The position numbers were made by a program, and so were the translations under genes. From contig CAZROH010000001.1 of NCBI GenBank assembly GCA_964601635.1, forward strand, positions 18,476 through 82,475: DNA of 64,000 bases, given 5' to 3'. This DNA comes from an uncultured Alteromonas sp. Its GTDB lineage: Bacteria; Pseudomonadota; Gammaproteobacteria; Enterobacterales; Alteromonadaceae. Below the pieces are notes generated by a model. It had not been told where the DNA came from, searched no databases, and saw only the letters and a program-made list of their open reading frames with translations. Of this stretch, positions 1-9,824 are shown in pieces (the stretch's first letter is position 1; each line of letters opens with the position of its first letter).

Positions 1-2
1 TT

Positions 3-1847
3 CTTCTGTTTTTGTTTTTCAGGCACGTTCCGCTCATTATTGCACCAATGATCGTTGCCATGACCACCGTCATTGTCACGATGGGAACGCTGATCGGATT
101 GGGATTCAGCGTTCATATTATGACGTCCATGATCGCCATTTTCTTGATGCCGATCGCGGTGGTTGATTCGGTCCACATTCTGTCAGAATTTGTTGACCAT
201 TTTGAGAAAAACAAAAGTGCAAAAGCCGTGATTGAAGAGGTGATGCGCACATTATTTTCACCGATGTTATTTACCTCCCTTACCTCGTCGGTGGGCTTTT
301 TTTCACTGATGCTTACCCCCATACCACCAGTACAAATATTCGGCGCGTTTGTCGGCTTAGGGATCTTGCTTGCCTTTATCATTACGATTACTTTTGTACC
401 TGCCTATATTACCCGTATGAGTCCGGCCACTCTGGCCAAACTTTGCAAAGCCGGCACTGCATTAAAAGCGCAAGATACCGTCACCACCAGATTTGCACGC
501 GCACTAGGTCGCAGCGCCCTTCGCTATCGCGCGATGTGGTTACTCATGTTCGCCTTACTTACGGTGATTTCCGGATGGGGTGTGGCCCAAATTAGCATTA
601 ATGACAACCCGGTAAACTGGTTTAAAGCCGATCACGAGATTCGCGTAGCAGATAAAGCATTAAATGAGGAGTTTGCCGGTACTTACAATGCCTATCTGGT
701 CCTTGAAAAAGCGCCTGAACAAAGCAAAAGCGCTGTTACATTACTGAATGCAGCACAACTGCCTGCTTCCCTTGAACCGTGGCGTGAACAGGTGGAAAAG
801 CAGCTTCATTCGCAAGCTATTGCCGAGCAGCCAAATAACCTGCTGTTCGCTATTGATGAAAAGTTATTTGATGTACTAGATGCCGAGGAAGAGGCGGCAT
901 TAAATACCTTACTTGCTGAGGTAGAAAAGGCCGCGACTGCGTCAAAAGTTTTCACTGATCCCCGCATCCTTAACTACATCGAAAATATACAGCAACACCT
1001 GCAAACTACCGGACTTATTGGAAAATCCAATTCTCTGGCTGACGTGGTCAAAGTGGTCAACCGGGAACTGGCAAGTGGTGAAGACGAAGATTATCGTTTG
1101 CCGGCTACCCAGCAAGCGGTAGCGCAAACGTTAATGCAATATCAATCGTCTCATCGTCCACACGATCTATGGCACTTTGTTACCCCGGATTTTCGCTCCT
1201 CGCTTATCTGGCTTCAGCTAACAGATGGAGATAATGAGTCGGTATCAGCAGTAATTGACGCGGTTGACGAATTCATCAGCACCCACCCACTACCAGCAGG
1301 TCTCACCTATAATTGGGCGGGTAAGGCGTATCTAAATGTTGAATGGCAGCAAACCATGGTGGCGGGAATGATGGACAGTTTGTTTGGGGCCTTCATTGTG
1401 GTTTTTTTGATGATGATCCTACTATTCAGGTCATTCATTTACGGTGTGCTGGCCATGTTGCCGCTCAGTTTCACGATCTTGTTCATGTATGGCCTGATTG
1501 GTTTGTTGGGTAAGGATTATGATATGCCTATCGCCGTTTTATCTTCTCTGACCTTGGGTCTTTCCGTGGATTTTGCCATTCACTTCCTGCAACGCGCGCG
1601 GGCAGAGTTAAAAGTCCAACCCGATGTGGGTAAAACACTAAAGACGATGTTTGAAGAGCCCGCCCGCGCGATCAGCCGCAACGCCGCTATTATTGCATTA
1701 GGTTTTACTCCACTGCTGCTCGCACCTTTAGTCCCCTACATCACAGTAGGCGTGTTTCTCGCCAGCATTATGGTGATCTCGGCACTGGTGACATTAATTT
1801 TACTTCCCGCTGTCATGCATTTGGTGCAGCGGCACTTGTCCAAGTAA
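3..1847 (+). CDS. RND/MMPL-family transporter, 5' end outside window
   Basis: Frame open from the window edge. Two hydrophobic TM bundles with MMPL-type motifs (IAVVDSVHIL; LGLSVDFAIHF) flank a periplasmic domain. Confidence 0.88.
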   Translation, partial: LLFLFFRHVPLIIAPMIVAMTTVIVTMGTLIGLGFSVHIMTSMIAIFLMPIAVVDSVHILSEFVDHFEKNKSAKAVIEEVMRTLFSPMLFTSLTSSVGFFSLMLTPIPPVQIFGAFVGLGILLAFIITITFVPAYITRMSPATLAKLCKAGTALKAQDTVTTRFARALGRSALRYRAMWLLMFALLTVISGWGVAQISINDNPVNWFKADHEIRVADKALNEEFAGTYNAYLVLEKAPEQSKSAVTLLNAAQLPASLEPWREQVEKQLHSQAIAEQPNNLLFAIDEKLFDVLDAEEEAALNTLLAEVEKAATASKVFTDPRILNYIENIQQHLQTTGLIGKSNSLADVVKVVNRELASGEDEDYRLPATQQAVAQTLMQYQSSHRPHDLWHFVTPDFRSSLIWLQLTDGDNESVSAVIDAVDEFISTHPLPAGLTYNWAGKAYLNVEWQQTMVAGMMDSLFGAFIVVFLMMILLFRSFIYGVLAMLPLSFTILFMYGLIGLLGKDYDMPIAVLSSLTLGLSVDFAIHFLQRARAELKVQPDVGKTLKTMFEEPARAISRNAAIIALGFTPLLLAPLVPYITVGVFLASIMVISALVTLILLPAVMHLVQRHLSK

Positions 1848-1856
1848 GGGTTAAAT

Positions 1857-2663
1857 ATGAAATTCACTAAACACTTCGTTTCACTTTTTACCTCCGCATC
1901 ACTAGCGTTGTTTTCTGCGCAGATATCGGCAGCAGAAGTTGATGTAAACCGATGGGTCAAAGATGCTGAAAACGCCGCCTATTACGCTGGCGATGACGGG
2001 AAAACTCTGGCTCGCATGATGATTGTAGATAGTCAGGGACGAAAGCTCTTGCGCCAGTTTACTATTCTTAGAAAGGATGTCAGTGACAATGGTGATCAGC
2101 GCATGCTGGTGTTTTTTAGTCGACCCAACGACGTTAAAAACACCGTTTTCAGAGTGGAAAAACATGCCGCATTAGATCAGGATGACGACCGCTGGATTTA
2201 TCTACCCGCGCTGGATTTAGTTAAGCGAATTTCCGCGGGAGATAAGCGTACGTCTTTTGTCGGCTCACATTTTTTCTATGAAGACGTCTCCGGTCGAGCA
2301 GTTTCAGAAGATTCCTTTACCCTGGAAAAAGAAACGCCATCTCATATTATCTTACGCGCCATCCCCCAGCGTCCGGATTCGGTAGAGTTTTCGCACTATA
2401 TTGTCAACATCAATAAGCAGACAAAATTACCTGAACTGATTAATTTTTATGACAGCCAGGGCACCAACTATCGCCGTGTTGAATCCGCTGAGATCGAGAC
2501 CATTCAGGGTTTCCCAACGGTTAAGCGCGCCAAGGTTACCGATTTGAAAAACGGAGGCTACACACTCATGGAGTTCAAAAACGTCGAATACAATATAGCG
2601 CTGCCAGATGAAATTTTCAGTGAGCGCAGCCTTCGAACACCACCTTTAACGTACTTAAACTAA
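1857..2663 (+). CDS. Outer-membrane lipoprotein-sorting (LolA-like) protein
   Basis: Signal peptide; DDRWIYLPALDLVKRI and SFVGSHFFYEDV motifs typical of LolA-like proteins encoded beside MMPL transporters; 9 bp after the RND gene. Confidence 0.85.
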   Translation: MKFTKHFVSLFTSASLALFSAQISAAEVDVNRWVKDAENAAYYAGDDGKTLARMMIVDSQGRKLLRQFTILRKDVSDNGDQRMLVFFSRPNDVKNTVFRVEKHAALDQDDDRWIYLPALDLVKRISAGDKRTSFVGSHFFYEDVSGRAVSEDSFTLEKETPSHIILRAIPQRPDSVEFSHYIVNINKQTKLPELINFYDSQGTNYRRVESAEIETIQGFPTVKRAKVTDLKNGGYTLMEFKNVEYNIALPDEIFSERSLRTPPLTYLN

Positions 2664-3982
2664 TGACAAAACATTTTACAAACGCATCCACTACCTTGTT
2701 GGCGATCTGTTTACTCACTCTCACTTTTAGCCTGTCCGCACAACAGACAGCAGACGAATGGGATGCATTTGATGAATGGGAAGAGGAAAAGGCGGAACCC
2801 GCCCTGTTTAGCGGTTTTATTGAAATAGGAGCAGGCAGACGTTTACAGCCTGATGCTGTCATCTCTGCTCGTTCGACATTGAGTGAAATACGCGGACGGT
2901 TAGAATTTCAACATGTGCTTTCTCAGTCTCAGTTTAAAGCGACGACGGATGTTGTACTGAATGGTGTAACCGATGAGATACAGTTGCAGGTACGCGAGTT
3001 GTTCTGGCAAGGTAACCTGTCATTTTTGGGCGACTGGGGACAACACCTGGATCTGAAGGCTGGCCAACAAGTCCTGACGTGGGGAACGGGTGACTACCTT
3101 TTTTTAAATGATTTATTTCCCAAAGACTATCAATCATTTTTTAACGGACGCGACGATGCGTTTTTAAAAGCCCCTTCACCCAGTATCAAGCTTTCCGGTT
3201 ATTTTCCACTAATCAATTTCGATTTGGCCATTACCCCTTTTTTTGAGCCTGACACCAGTATAAATGGCGAATATTTTTCGTTTTTTAGCCCACAGGCACA
3301 ACACAATGTTGCACCTGCATTTGCCCTTGCTGATAGCACCAAACCCGATGAGACTGAGGTGGCGATTCGATTATTCCAGTCATTCGATACCACTGAACTG
3401 GCACTTTACGGGTATGAGGGCTATTACAAATCTCCCACCGCCAGAGATGAACAAGGCTTGCCTCGTCATAGCAAATTAAAGGTACTCGGCGCGAGTATCG
3501 TGCGACCGGTAGCCGGGGGATTATTTAAGGCCGAGTACGCGTACCATGATTCAATAGAAGATGTTAATGGCAGCGACCCATTAGTCCCTAATTCCCAATC
3601 CCGTTATTTACTGGGTTACGAGCGCGAGCTGGTAGCCAACTTAACTGGCGGCGTCCAGTTTTATGTAGAGCGCACTCATGATTATGCGGCGCTTAAACAA
3701 TACTCCCCCTGGCCCGACTTCGAACAAGAAGCGTATCGGCGGGTGATCACCACACAGTTGATTTACCGTGCAATGCGTCAAACCCTAACGTTTAATTGGT
3801 TTAATTTTTATTCTGTCACTGCTAAAGATGGTTACAGCCGCTTGCACGCTAGCTATTCACCCGTCAATGAGTGGAAGATAAGTGCAGGGCTGAATGCCTT
3901 TTACGGTGATGAAGACCATACCTTTTTTAGCCAGTTTAACGATGCCACAAATGTGTTTTTACGGCTTCGCTATTTCTATTAA
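2663..3982 (+). CDS. Putative outer-membrane beta-barrel protein (DUF1302-like)
   Basis: Signal peptide, acidic N-terminal linker, GQQVLTWG motif, C-terminal aromatic strand (VFLRLRYFY); 1-bp overlap (TAATG) with the previous gene. Confidence 0.75.
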   Translation: MTKHFTNASTTLLAICLLTLTFSLSAQQTADEWDAFDEWEEEKAEPALFSGFIEIGAGRRLQPDAVISARSTLSEIRGRLEFQHVLSQSQFKATTDVVLNGVTDEIQLQVRELFWQGNLSFLGDWGQHLDLKAGQQVLTWGTGDYLFLNDLFPKDYQSFFNGRDDAFLKAPSPSIKLSGYFPLINFDLAITPFFEPDTSINGEYFSFFSPQAQHNVAPAFALADSTKPDETEVAIRLFQSFDTTELALYGYEGYYKSPTARDEQGLPRHSKLKVLGASIVRPVAGGLFKAEYAYHDSIEDVNGSDPLVPNSQSRYLLGYERELVANLTGGVQFYVERTHDYAALKQYSPWPDFEQEAYRRVITTQLIYRAMRQTLTFNWFNFYSVTAKDGYSRLHASYSPVNEWKISAGLNAFYGDEDHTFFSQFNDATNVFLRLRYFY

Positions 3983-3992
3983 AGCAAGCAAA

Positions 3993-4934
3993 CTAACCAA
4001 TTTGATGTGGGTAGGGAAAGGCTTCCAGCCGCTCTTCGATATGACTTAACACTTCAGGGATCCTGGGTGTCTGATGCCCTACTACAAAACGGTTCTTTCC
4101 TTTCTCAAATACAAAAATTTCGGTGTTGATGCCTTCTTTAAGCAGCCAATGAAAACCTTTGTATTCCACATCGCAGACAGTATCTTTTTTGGCCACCAGC
4201 TGTTGCAGTCTTTTCTTCTGCTCACCGGCAGGTAATTTGACGTGCGCATCTACGTATAGATCCAGCGCTTCTTTCATTTCCACCTTCGTTAAGCGGTTAC
4301 GAATGGGGGGCAAACTCACTGGCAATAGCTTGGTATTGTGTAACTGTGCATATGTCAGCGTATGTTTACTCAGGCATTTTTTACAAAATTTGTCACTTTT
4401 TGCTCCCGCACGGTGACATTCCCCGCACACATACGTATTTGCCTTAAATGCTCGCATCTTATCCGTTACCACCAGATAGTACCCATACAGAATACGTTCC
4501 GGGTGATGGTGCTCATGCACCACAACAAACTCCTGCAAACGTTTGCCAGCATTGGTCGGGCTATCGTGAGCCACCTCCCAGTTTTTATGCATGGGTACAC
4601 TGGTTTCGAGCCACACCTCACCTGATTCAACCGGGTTTTTATGATCAAAAAAGTGTGACGCGGGATAGGTATAAGTCGGCTGAAATTCGCAGGCGTCTTT
4701 CGCTTTCGCAAAGCCTTCTTCATTATCAAAGGTGATAATTTGAGTCGCGATTAATGGCCATTTTCGACGTTGATTGATCGCTTTTTTAACAGCACTCTCT
4801 TCCAAGCATCGCTTTGGACAAAGAGACTTGCACTTCGGACAGCTAATAGTCAACGTGTCATTATGATCAGTGTTAGCTGAAAACTGATGCGTGCAGTCGG
4901 GGCAAAAATAGCGTTTTGCAGTCTTTACAGTCAT
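3993..4934 (-). CDS. Hypothetical protein with two zinc-ribbon-like CxxC pairs
   Basis: 313-aa ORF; CPDC...CPKC at the N-terminus and CGEC...CKKC centrally. Confidence 0.7.
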   Translation of the reverse strand: MTVKTAKRYFCPDCTHQFSANTDHNDTLTISCPKCKSLCPKRCLEESAVKKAINQRRKWPLIATQIITFDNEEGFAKAKDACEFQPTYTYPASHFFDHKNPVESGEVWLETSVPMHKNWEVAHDSPTNAGKRLQEFVVVHEHHHPERILYGYYLVVTDKMRAFKANTYVCGECHRAGAKSDKFCKKCLSKHTLTYAQLHNTKLLPVSLPPIRNRLTKVEMKEALDLYVDAHVKLPAGEQKKRLQQLVAKKDTVCDVEYKGFHWLLKEGINTEIFVFEKGKNRFVVGHQTPRIPEVLSHIEERLEAFPYPHQIG

Positions 4935-5131
4935 GATTACGTCACATGCAATACATCTGATTGAAAGTTACGTAAGGCTTAATCGTAAAATTAGTAACAG
5001 ATGTTACTTTATTAGTATAAGGGGTATCTACATCGTTACCCGTATGTCTTATCTCAGTATGAATCTTTATACTGGGATGGCAAGTTTTTAAGATACAAAT
5101 TCTGACATTTTTGTAATGAACGGAGAACGGA

Positions 5132-5899
5132 TTGGTCGCACTCTTCACCTGGTTAGGCGCAGAGCAAATTTCCTCGGCAACGATCCTCTTACTCGTGCTC
5201 GTTGCAGGCGTGACATCATTTATCACCGCAGCCTTCGGCATAGGTGGTGGCATTCTATTACTCGCCGTCATGGCCCATTATGTGCCAATAGAAATACTTA
5301 TTCCTGTTCATGGATTGGTGCAACTTGGCTCAAATGGTTATCGAGCGTATAAAACGACAAGCCATATTGATAAATCGACGTTCAACGCGTTCGGTCTCGG
5401 TGCGCTTTTAGGTGCTGTTACCGTTTCTTTCTTATTGATACAGCTTTCGTTGCAATGGATCCAGCTCACTGTAGGACTGTTTATTTTATATCTGCTTTGG
5501 GGCTTCAAACCGAAACCCCATCAAATCGGTGCATCAGGCATGTTTGCTGTTGGCACAGTCACCACCATGCTATCGGCATTTGTAGGCGCTACCGGACCGC
5601 TGCTAGCGGCGTTTTTACACCAGAACAGAATGGGGAAAATGACCCACACGGCAACCTTTGCTGCCTGTATGAGCCTACAGAACATCCTAAAATTAAGTGT
5701 TTTTATGATTGCAGGTATCAGCTTTGTGGCTTGGTTACCTCTCGCGACGATAATGATATTCAGTGGTTTTATTGGCACCAGGATCGGCCTGAATACGCTG
5801 GAGAAATTTTCCACCCAATTATTTAAAGTCCTCTATACGAGTGTCGTTACATTGCTGGCGCTGCACTTAATCGTTAAAGCCACCATCCAATTTTTTTAG
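5132..5899 (+). CDS. Sulfite exporter TauE/SafE family protein
   Basis: Multi-TM protein with AFGIGGGILL and SAFVGATGPL motifs; TTG start uncertain. Confidence 0.85.
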   Translation: MVALFTWLGAEQISSATILLLVLVAGVTSFITAAFGIGGGILLLAVMAHYVPIEILIPVHGLVQLGSNGYRAYKTTSHIDKSTFNAFGLGALLGAVTVSFLLIQLSLQWIQLTVGLFILYLLWGFKPKPHQIGASGMFAVGTVTTMLSAFVGATGPLLAAFLHQNRMGKMTHTATFAACMSLQNILKLSVFMIAGISFVAWLPLATIMIFSGFIGTRIGLNTLEKFSTQLFKVLYTSVVTLLALHLIVKATIQFF

Positions 5900-6429
5900 C
5901 AAAACCGTTTAATCCAACAATCACAACCAACGAGACGCCGTTGTATTATTTCTTTGTGCGCGGACAGCCCTGAATTAATGAACCCCGCATTTTCCAATAC
6001 ACGAGCGGAAGCCGGATTGTTGTGCAAAACCCTGGCAGTAAGTTGTTGCAGGTCGTAATCGGATGAAGCGATATGCATAAGATGCCTAACCCCTAAACTC
6101 GCCAGTCCTTTACCCTGATGAGCCTGATCGATTCGATAACCGATCTCAGCCGTGCTAGCGGCACGCGCTATTTCTTTAAGGTTGATTCGCCCGACAATTT
6201 CGTTATTTCGTATAAGCACGGCAGGAAATGCTACCCCCATATTATATTCAGCAGTTAACTGATGGATATGTTGCTGAACACCCTCGAGCGAATAAAATGC
6301 GGCAGGGCGCGGTGTGATGCAGTTTTCAAAAAACAGACGGTTTCTAATTTCAAATGCGAATAACCTATCAATGTGCTGAGCAGTCAGCAGTTGGATCTGC
6401 GTGGTGTGGGCAAGCGTCTCAGGCGGCAC
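5896..6429 (-). CDS. GNAT N-acetyltransferase (RimJ/RimL-like)
   Basis: EIGYRI..HQGKGLAS acetyl-CoA motif and NPASARVLENAGF. Confidence 0.88.
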   Translation of the reverse strand: MPPETLAHTTQIQLLTAQHIDRLFAFEIRNRLFFENCITPRPAAFYSLEGVQQHIHQLTAEYNMGVAFPAVLIRNNEIVGRINLKEIARAASTAEIGYRIDQAHQGKGLASLGVRHLMHIASSDYDLQQLTARVLHNNPASARVLENAGFINSGLSAHKEIIQRRLVGCDCWIKRFC

Positions 6430-6755
6430 AAATTGACTCCTTTTGTGCGAGCAGTTAATTTTTTACACTAGCTTAATCGATTCAGCCTTAAAGTTTACTG
6501 TTTTTCCGCAGCCATCGTCGTCGTCAAAGCCGGAGAAAGTATTGCCTCCTATCGTGTAAAACAAGTGCTGATTTTTACACGTCCCCTAATTTACACACGG
6601 TTAACGGTAGCGTAACAAGGTGTATGAAAGAACCGACAACACCATGTGAAAATACTACACGATGCAACATTTGCTGACTGCCTAAAAATCCCCCACAAAA
6701 AAAATAATTCATAGATAACAGATAGTTAAGATCGCAAAACACACAAAGAACAAGT

Positions 6756-6771
6756 TGGCACAGTTGTAGCA
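6756..6771 (+). promoter_or_regulatory. Putative sigma-54 (-24/-12) promoter of the BON gene
   Basis: TGGCACAGTTGTAGCA: TGGCAC with exact GG-N10-GC spacing, 25 bp before the ATG. Confidence 0.6.
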
Positions 6772-6796
6772 TCCTATACATCGACGGCAACGAGCA

Positions 6797-7372
6797 ATGG
6801 AGCCAAGTGTGAAAGTTTTCGGAATGTTTCTGACTTTCTTCGCTTCTTTAACTATGCCCTTTCTGCCAAGCCAAGCTGATGCCAAGGAGTTAATTGGGAA
6901 AGTGTCAGCCACGGATGCAAGGATTGATAGCGAAGCAGAATTAACACTATTGCTCGATGGAAAAATGAATATTTTTGACATTAATACGGATGTCACGGAC
7001 GGAAAGGTTGTTTTAACCGGCAGAGTTGACAGTGAAGTTAACAAAGCACTGGCCACGGAATTGGTTAAGTCGCTTAAAGGAGTCAAATCGGTCGATAACA
7101 GACTAGCCGTTGCAGCACCGGACGAGTATGACAGTAACGGAAGTACGTTCGCCAATGACTTGCTGGATGCAAAAGTAATAACAGCGATAAAGTCGCGATT
7201 ATTACTTGAGTCAACCATTACTGGTGCCGACATTGATGTCCAAGCTGAACAAGGGATTGTTACCCTTTACGGCAAGGTGAAATCCTCTCGCGAACGGGAT
7301 TTGGCCATTGCCATTGCGAAGAACACTGATGACGTCGATGGCGTAATAAGTGAACTGTCGGTAGACAGTTAA
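6797..7372 (+). CDS. Dual BON-domain periplasmic protein (OsmY-like)
   Basis: Signal peptide; two BON repeats (DARI..INTDVTDGKVVLTGRV; DAKV..IDVQAEQGIVTLYGKV). Confidence 0.9.
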   Translation: MEPSVKVFGMFLTFFASLTMPFLPSQADAKELIGKVSATDARIDSEAELTLLLDGKMNIFDINTDVTDGKVVLTGRVDSEVNKALATELVKSLKGVKSVDNRLAVAAPDEYDSNGSTFANDLLDAKVITAIKSRLLLESTITGADIDVQAEQGIVTLYGKVKSSRERDLAIAIAKNTDDVDGVISELSVDS

Positions 7373-7413
7373 TCTCCCCTAGGTCTTCTTGACCTAACAA
7401 TACCTCTGATTTT

Positions 7414-7442
7414 CACCCGCCACTTGGCGGGTGCTTTTTTTT
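7414..7442 (+). terminator. Rho-independent terminator after BON gene
   Basis: CACCCGCCA-CT-TGGCGGGTG followed by C and T8. Confidence 0.85.
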
Positions 7443-7510
7443 GGATGAATGATCTGTGCTACACTACCAATGCTTCTTTACCGCCTACTTTTTACTGATA
7501 GCGTTCATCA

Positions 7511-8692
7511 ATGATTTTTAGCGTACTTTTTCTAGCGCTTTTTACTACCGCCATAGGGCAAAGTGTTGTTATCACAACATTACCTTCCTTAGGTCGCGAG
7601 GCTGGATTAAGCGAAATCCAGGTGGCTATTATTATGTCCAGCTCTGCAGTGATGTTTGCTATAGGCACAAATCTTTGGAGCCGCGTCGCCAGGCGCAAAG
7701 GCTACAAACGCACGTTAATGATTGGTTTGACCGGTTATAGTATCGGTACATTATTATTTGCGACGATGTGGTATCTGGGTATCCACTATATTTTAAGCGG
7801 CATGGGCCTGTTTTTAGCCTTACTGATTTCACGCACCATGCAGTCCAGCATTATGTCTGCCACGCCCCCATCGGCCATCGGTTACGCCATCAGTAACAGT
7901 CCTCAGACTGACAGAGTTAAAGCCATCAGCAAAGTCACCTCGGCCAATAATCTGGGGCAGGTACTGGGCCCTACGTTTGCCGGTGCTTTAGTCGGTTTCG
8001 GAATACTGACGCCTTTATACAGCGTTATTGCGCTGACAATATTTGCACTTGTTGTGGTTAAACGCTATTTACCTGCTCAAGCTGCCCCCGTCATTCAGGC
8101 AAAGCGAGAAACTAAGGGTGATACAGTCGTGACAGTCAAACCCATTACTGCCATGTTGGTGATGTTTTCAGCTTGTGTGTTTTGCTCAATGGCCATGCTC
8201 CAACAAACGCTCGGTTTCTTTTTTATGGACGAATATGGCGAGTCAACCATTGGTGCCGCGCAATCAGTGGGCATTGCAATGATGATTAGCGCTGCCAGCT
8301 CTTTCTCCGCGCAGATGGGGATTGTTCAGCGCATTAGATTGCGGTCAGAAAAGCTGGTGCAGACTGCATTACTGCTTTTGGTTATCGCCTATTTGTTGTG
8401 CTTCCTGCATCAGAATGTACTCATTCTTTATATCGCGATGGTTTTATTAGGCAGTGGGTTAGGCATGGCATATCCTTCGATAGCAGCGATTGCTTCCAGC
8501 CGTTGCGAACCGGACAAGCAAGCGACGGTTACCGGATTGATCACCTCCACTCCTGCCATGGGTTATATTGCCGGCCCCCCTATAGCAGCGCTCCTGTATA
8601 ACTATGATCACCGGTTACCATTTTTATTTGCCTGCTTATTAATTTTAGTTGTTTTTGCATTAGCATTTTTAAAGTTATTGCCCCGCGGCTAA
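7511..8692 (+). CDS. MFS transporter (DHA1/TetA-like)
   Basis: About 12 TM segments; motif A-like WSRVARRKGYK and motif C-like LGQVLGPTFAGAL. Confidence 0.88.
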   Translation: MIFSVLFLALFTTAIGQSVVITTLPSLGREAGLSEIQVAIIMSSSAVMFAIGTNLWSRVARRKGYKRTLMIGLTGYSIGTLLFATMWYLGIHYILSGMGLFLALLISRTMQSSIMSATPPSAIGYAISNSPQTDRVKAISKVTSANNLGQVLGPTFAGALVGFGILTPLYSVIALTIFALVVVKRYLPAQAAPVIQAKRETKGDTVVTVKPITAMLVMFSACVFCSMAMLQQTLGFFFMDEYGESTIGAAQSVGIAMMISAASSFSAQMGIVQRIRLRSEKLVQTALLLLVIAYLLCFLHQNVLILYIAMVLLGSGLGMAYPSIAAIASSRCEPDKQATVTGLITSTPAMGYIAGPPIAALLYNYDHRLPFLFACLLILVVFALAFLKLLPRG

Positions 8693-8961
8693 GGCCTGAT
8701 AACTATTTCTGTTTGTAGCTGGGCTATCACGAACTCAAGAATTTTTTTCCTGGCGCTAAACTTTTCCGGCATTCCTTGCGACTTACTAACAAATTGACCC
8801 AAAAGGCGCTCGCAATGAACAACTTCCCTCGCCGACCTCAAAAGGACAATTATTTAGTCGAATCGAGACATTTCGTTATCGTGCCTATTTTGTGTGTCTT
8901 AGTTTGTATTCTGGCGACGTTAAGCGAGCAGGCCTATGCTCTGAGCATGTGTATGGATGCA

Positions 8962-9330
8962 TTATGTGTGCAGGTAAATCAGTAAAACGGTTAACGCAGC
9001 ACTGAGAATGGCCAACGTAATATTCACCAACATTCCCCACCGCGGTCGATAACCTGAGGGAATTTCATCTTCATTCAACGTTTTAAGCACTTGCGCAAAC
9101 TGAAAAGATGAAACCAGAGCGCACATGCCGCCTAAAATTATAAACGCCAACCCTAGGATATATGCGGGTGTCACCAGGGTCTCATCTGCATTTTGCTGTA
9201 ACAGGCGGACCAGCAAGCCAGCGCGCTCCAACACAAAACCAAACGCAATCAACCCTAAGCTGGTGCGGTTCCAGGCCAGTAACGTGCGCTCTGCTGCAAA
9301 TAATACTCTGGGATCCTGTAAATAACCCAT
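8962..9330 (-). CDS. DUF202/YidH-family membrane protein
   Basis: DPRVLFAAERTLLAWNRTSL signature; 3 TM segments. Confidence 0.9.
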   Translation of the reverse strand: MGYLQDPRVLFAAERTLLAWNRTSLGLIAFGFVLERAGLLVRLLQQNADETLVTPAYILGLAFIILGGMCALVSSFQFAQVLKTLNEDEIPSGYRPRWGMLVNITLAILSAALTVLLIYLHT

Positions 9331-9342
9331 CTTCTCCCTTCT

Positions 9343-9804
9343 TTAGTTATCAAACTGAAATTGCTTGATCTTCATCGGCTCGAAGCGCCAACCCCATAAA
9401 CATCCCGATGTTGCTCTAAGGGTGATAGAACCAGAAATCATTTCATCATCTTCGTCGGTTAGTACGACTACGTAATGAACCAACCCTTCTGGTTCGACTT
9501 TAGTCAGTTGAACATAGGCATCAACAATTTTAATTTCAGAAAACTGACTCAAATCGGCAAATTTTTCTAGTTGTGAATAAACTGTTTTTAATGAAGAAAT
9601 GGGAGTTTTATCTGCTATATCGGTGCAAAGCAATTGATGAGCATTTTTAAAATCATGTTGATGTAAGTACAACTCAATAAAATTATGAGCAGGCTGTTTG
9701 GTTTTCGTTATTGCGTCTTCAAAATAGCTTTTGGCGTTAAATGCTTGCGAAGCATTTACCGTGCACATTGAAAATATGAATATGATTAACGCAATTCCTT
9801 TCAT
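9343..9804 (-). CDS. Secreted hypothetical protein (possibly NTF2-like fold)
   Basis: Start reassigned to ATG 9804 (MKGIALIIFIFSMC.. signal peptide), which removes the overlap with nhaD. Confidence 0.65.
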   Translation of the reverse strand: MKGIALIIFIFSMCTVNASQAFNAKSYFEDAITKTKQPAHNFIELYLHQHDFKNAHQLLCTDIADKTPISSLKTVYSQLEKFADLSQFSEIKIVDAYVQLTKVEPEGLVHYVVVLTDEDDEMISGSITLRATSGCLWGWRFEPMKIKQFQFDN

Positions 9805-9824
9805 TCTACAGCCTTTTTTAATTA

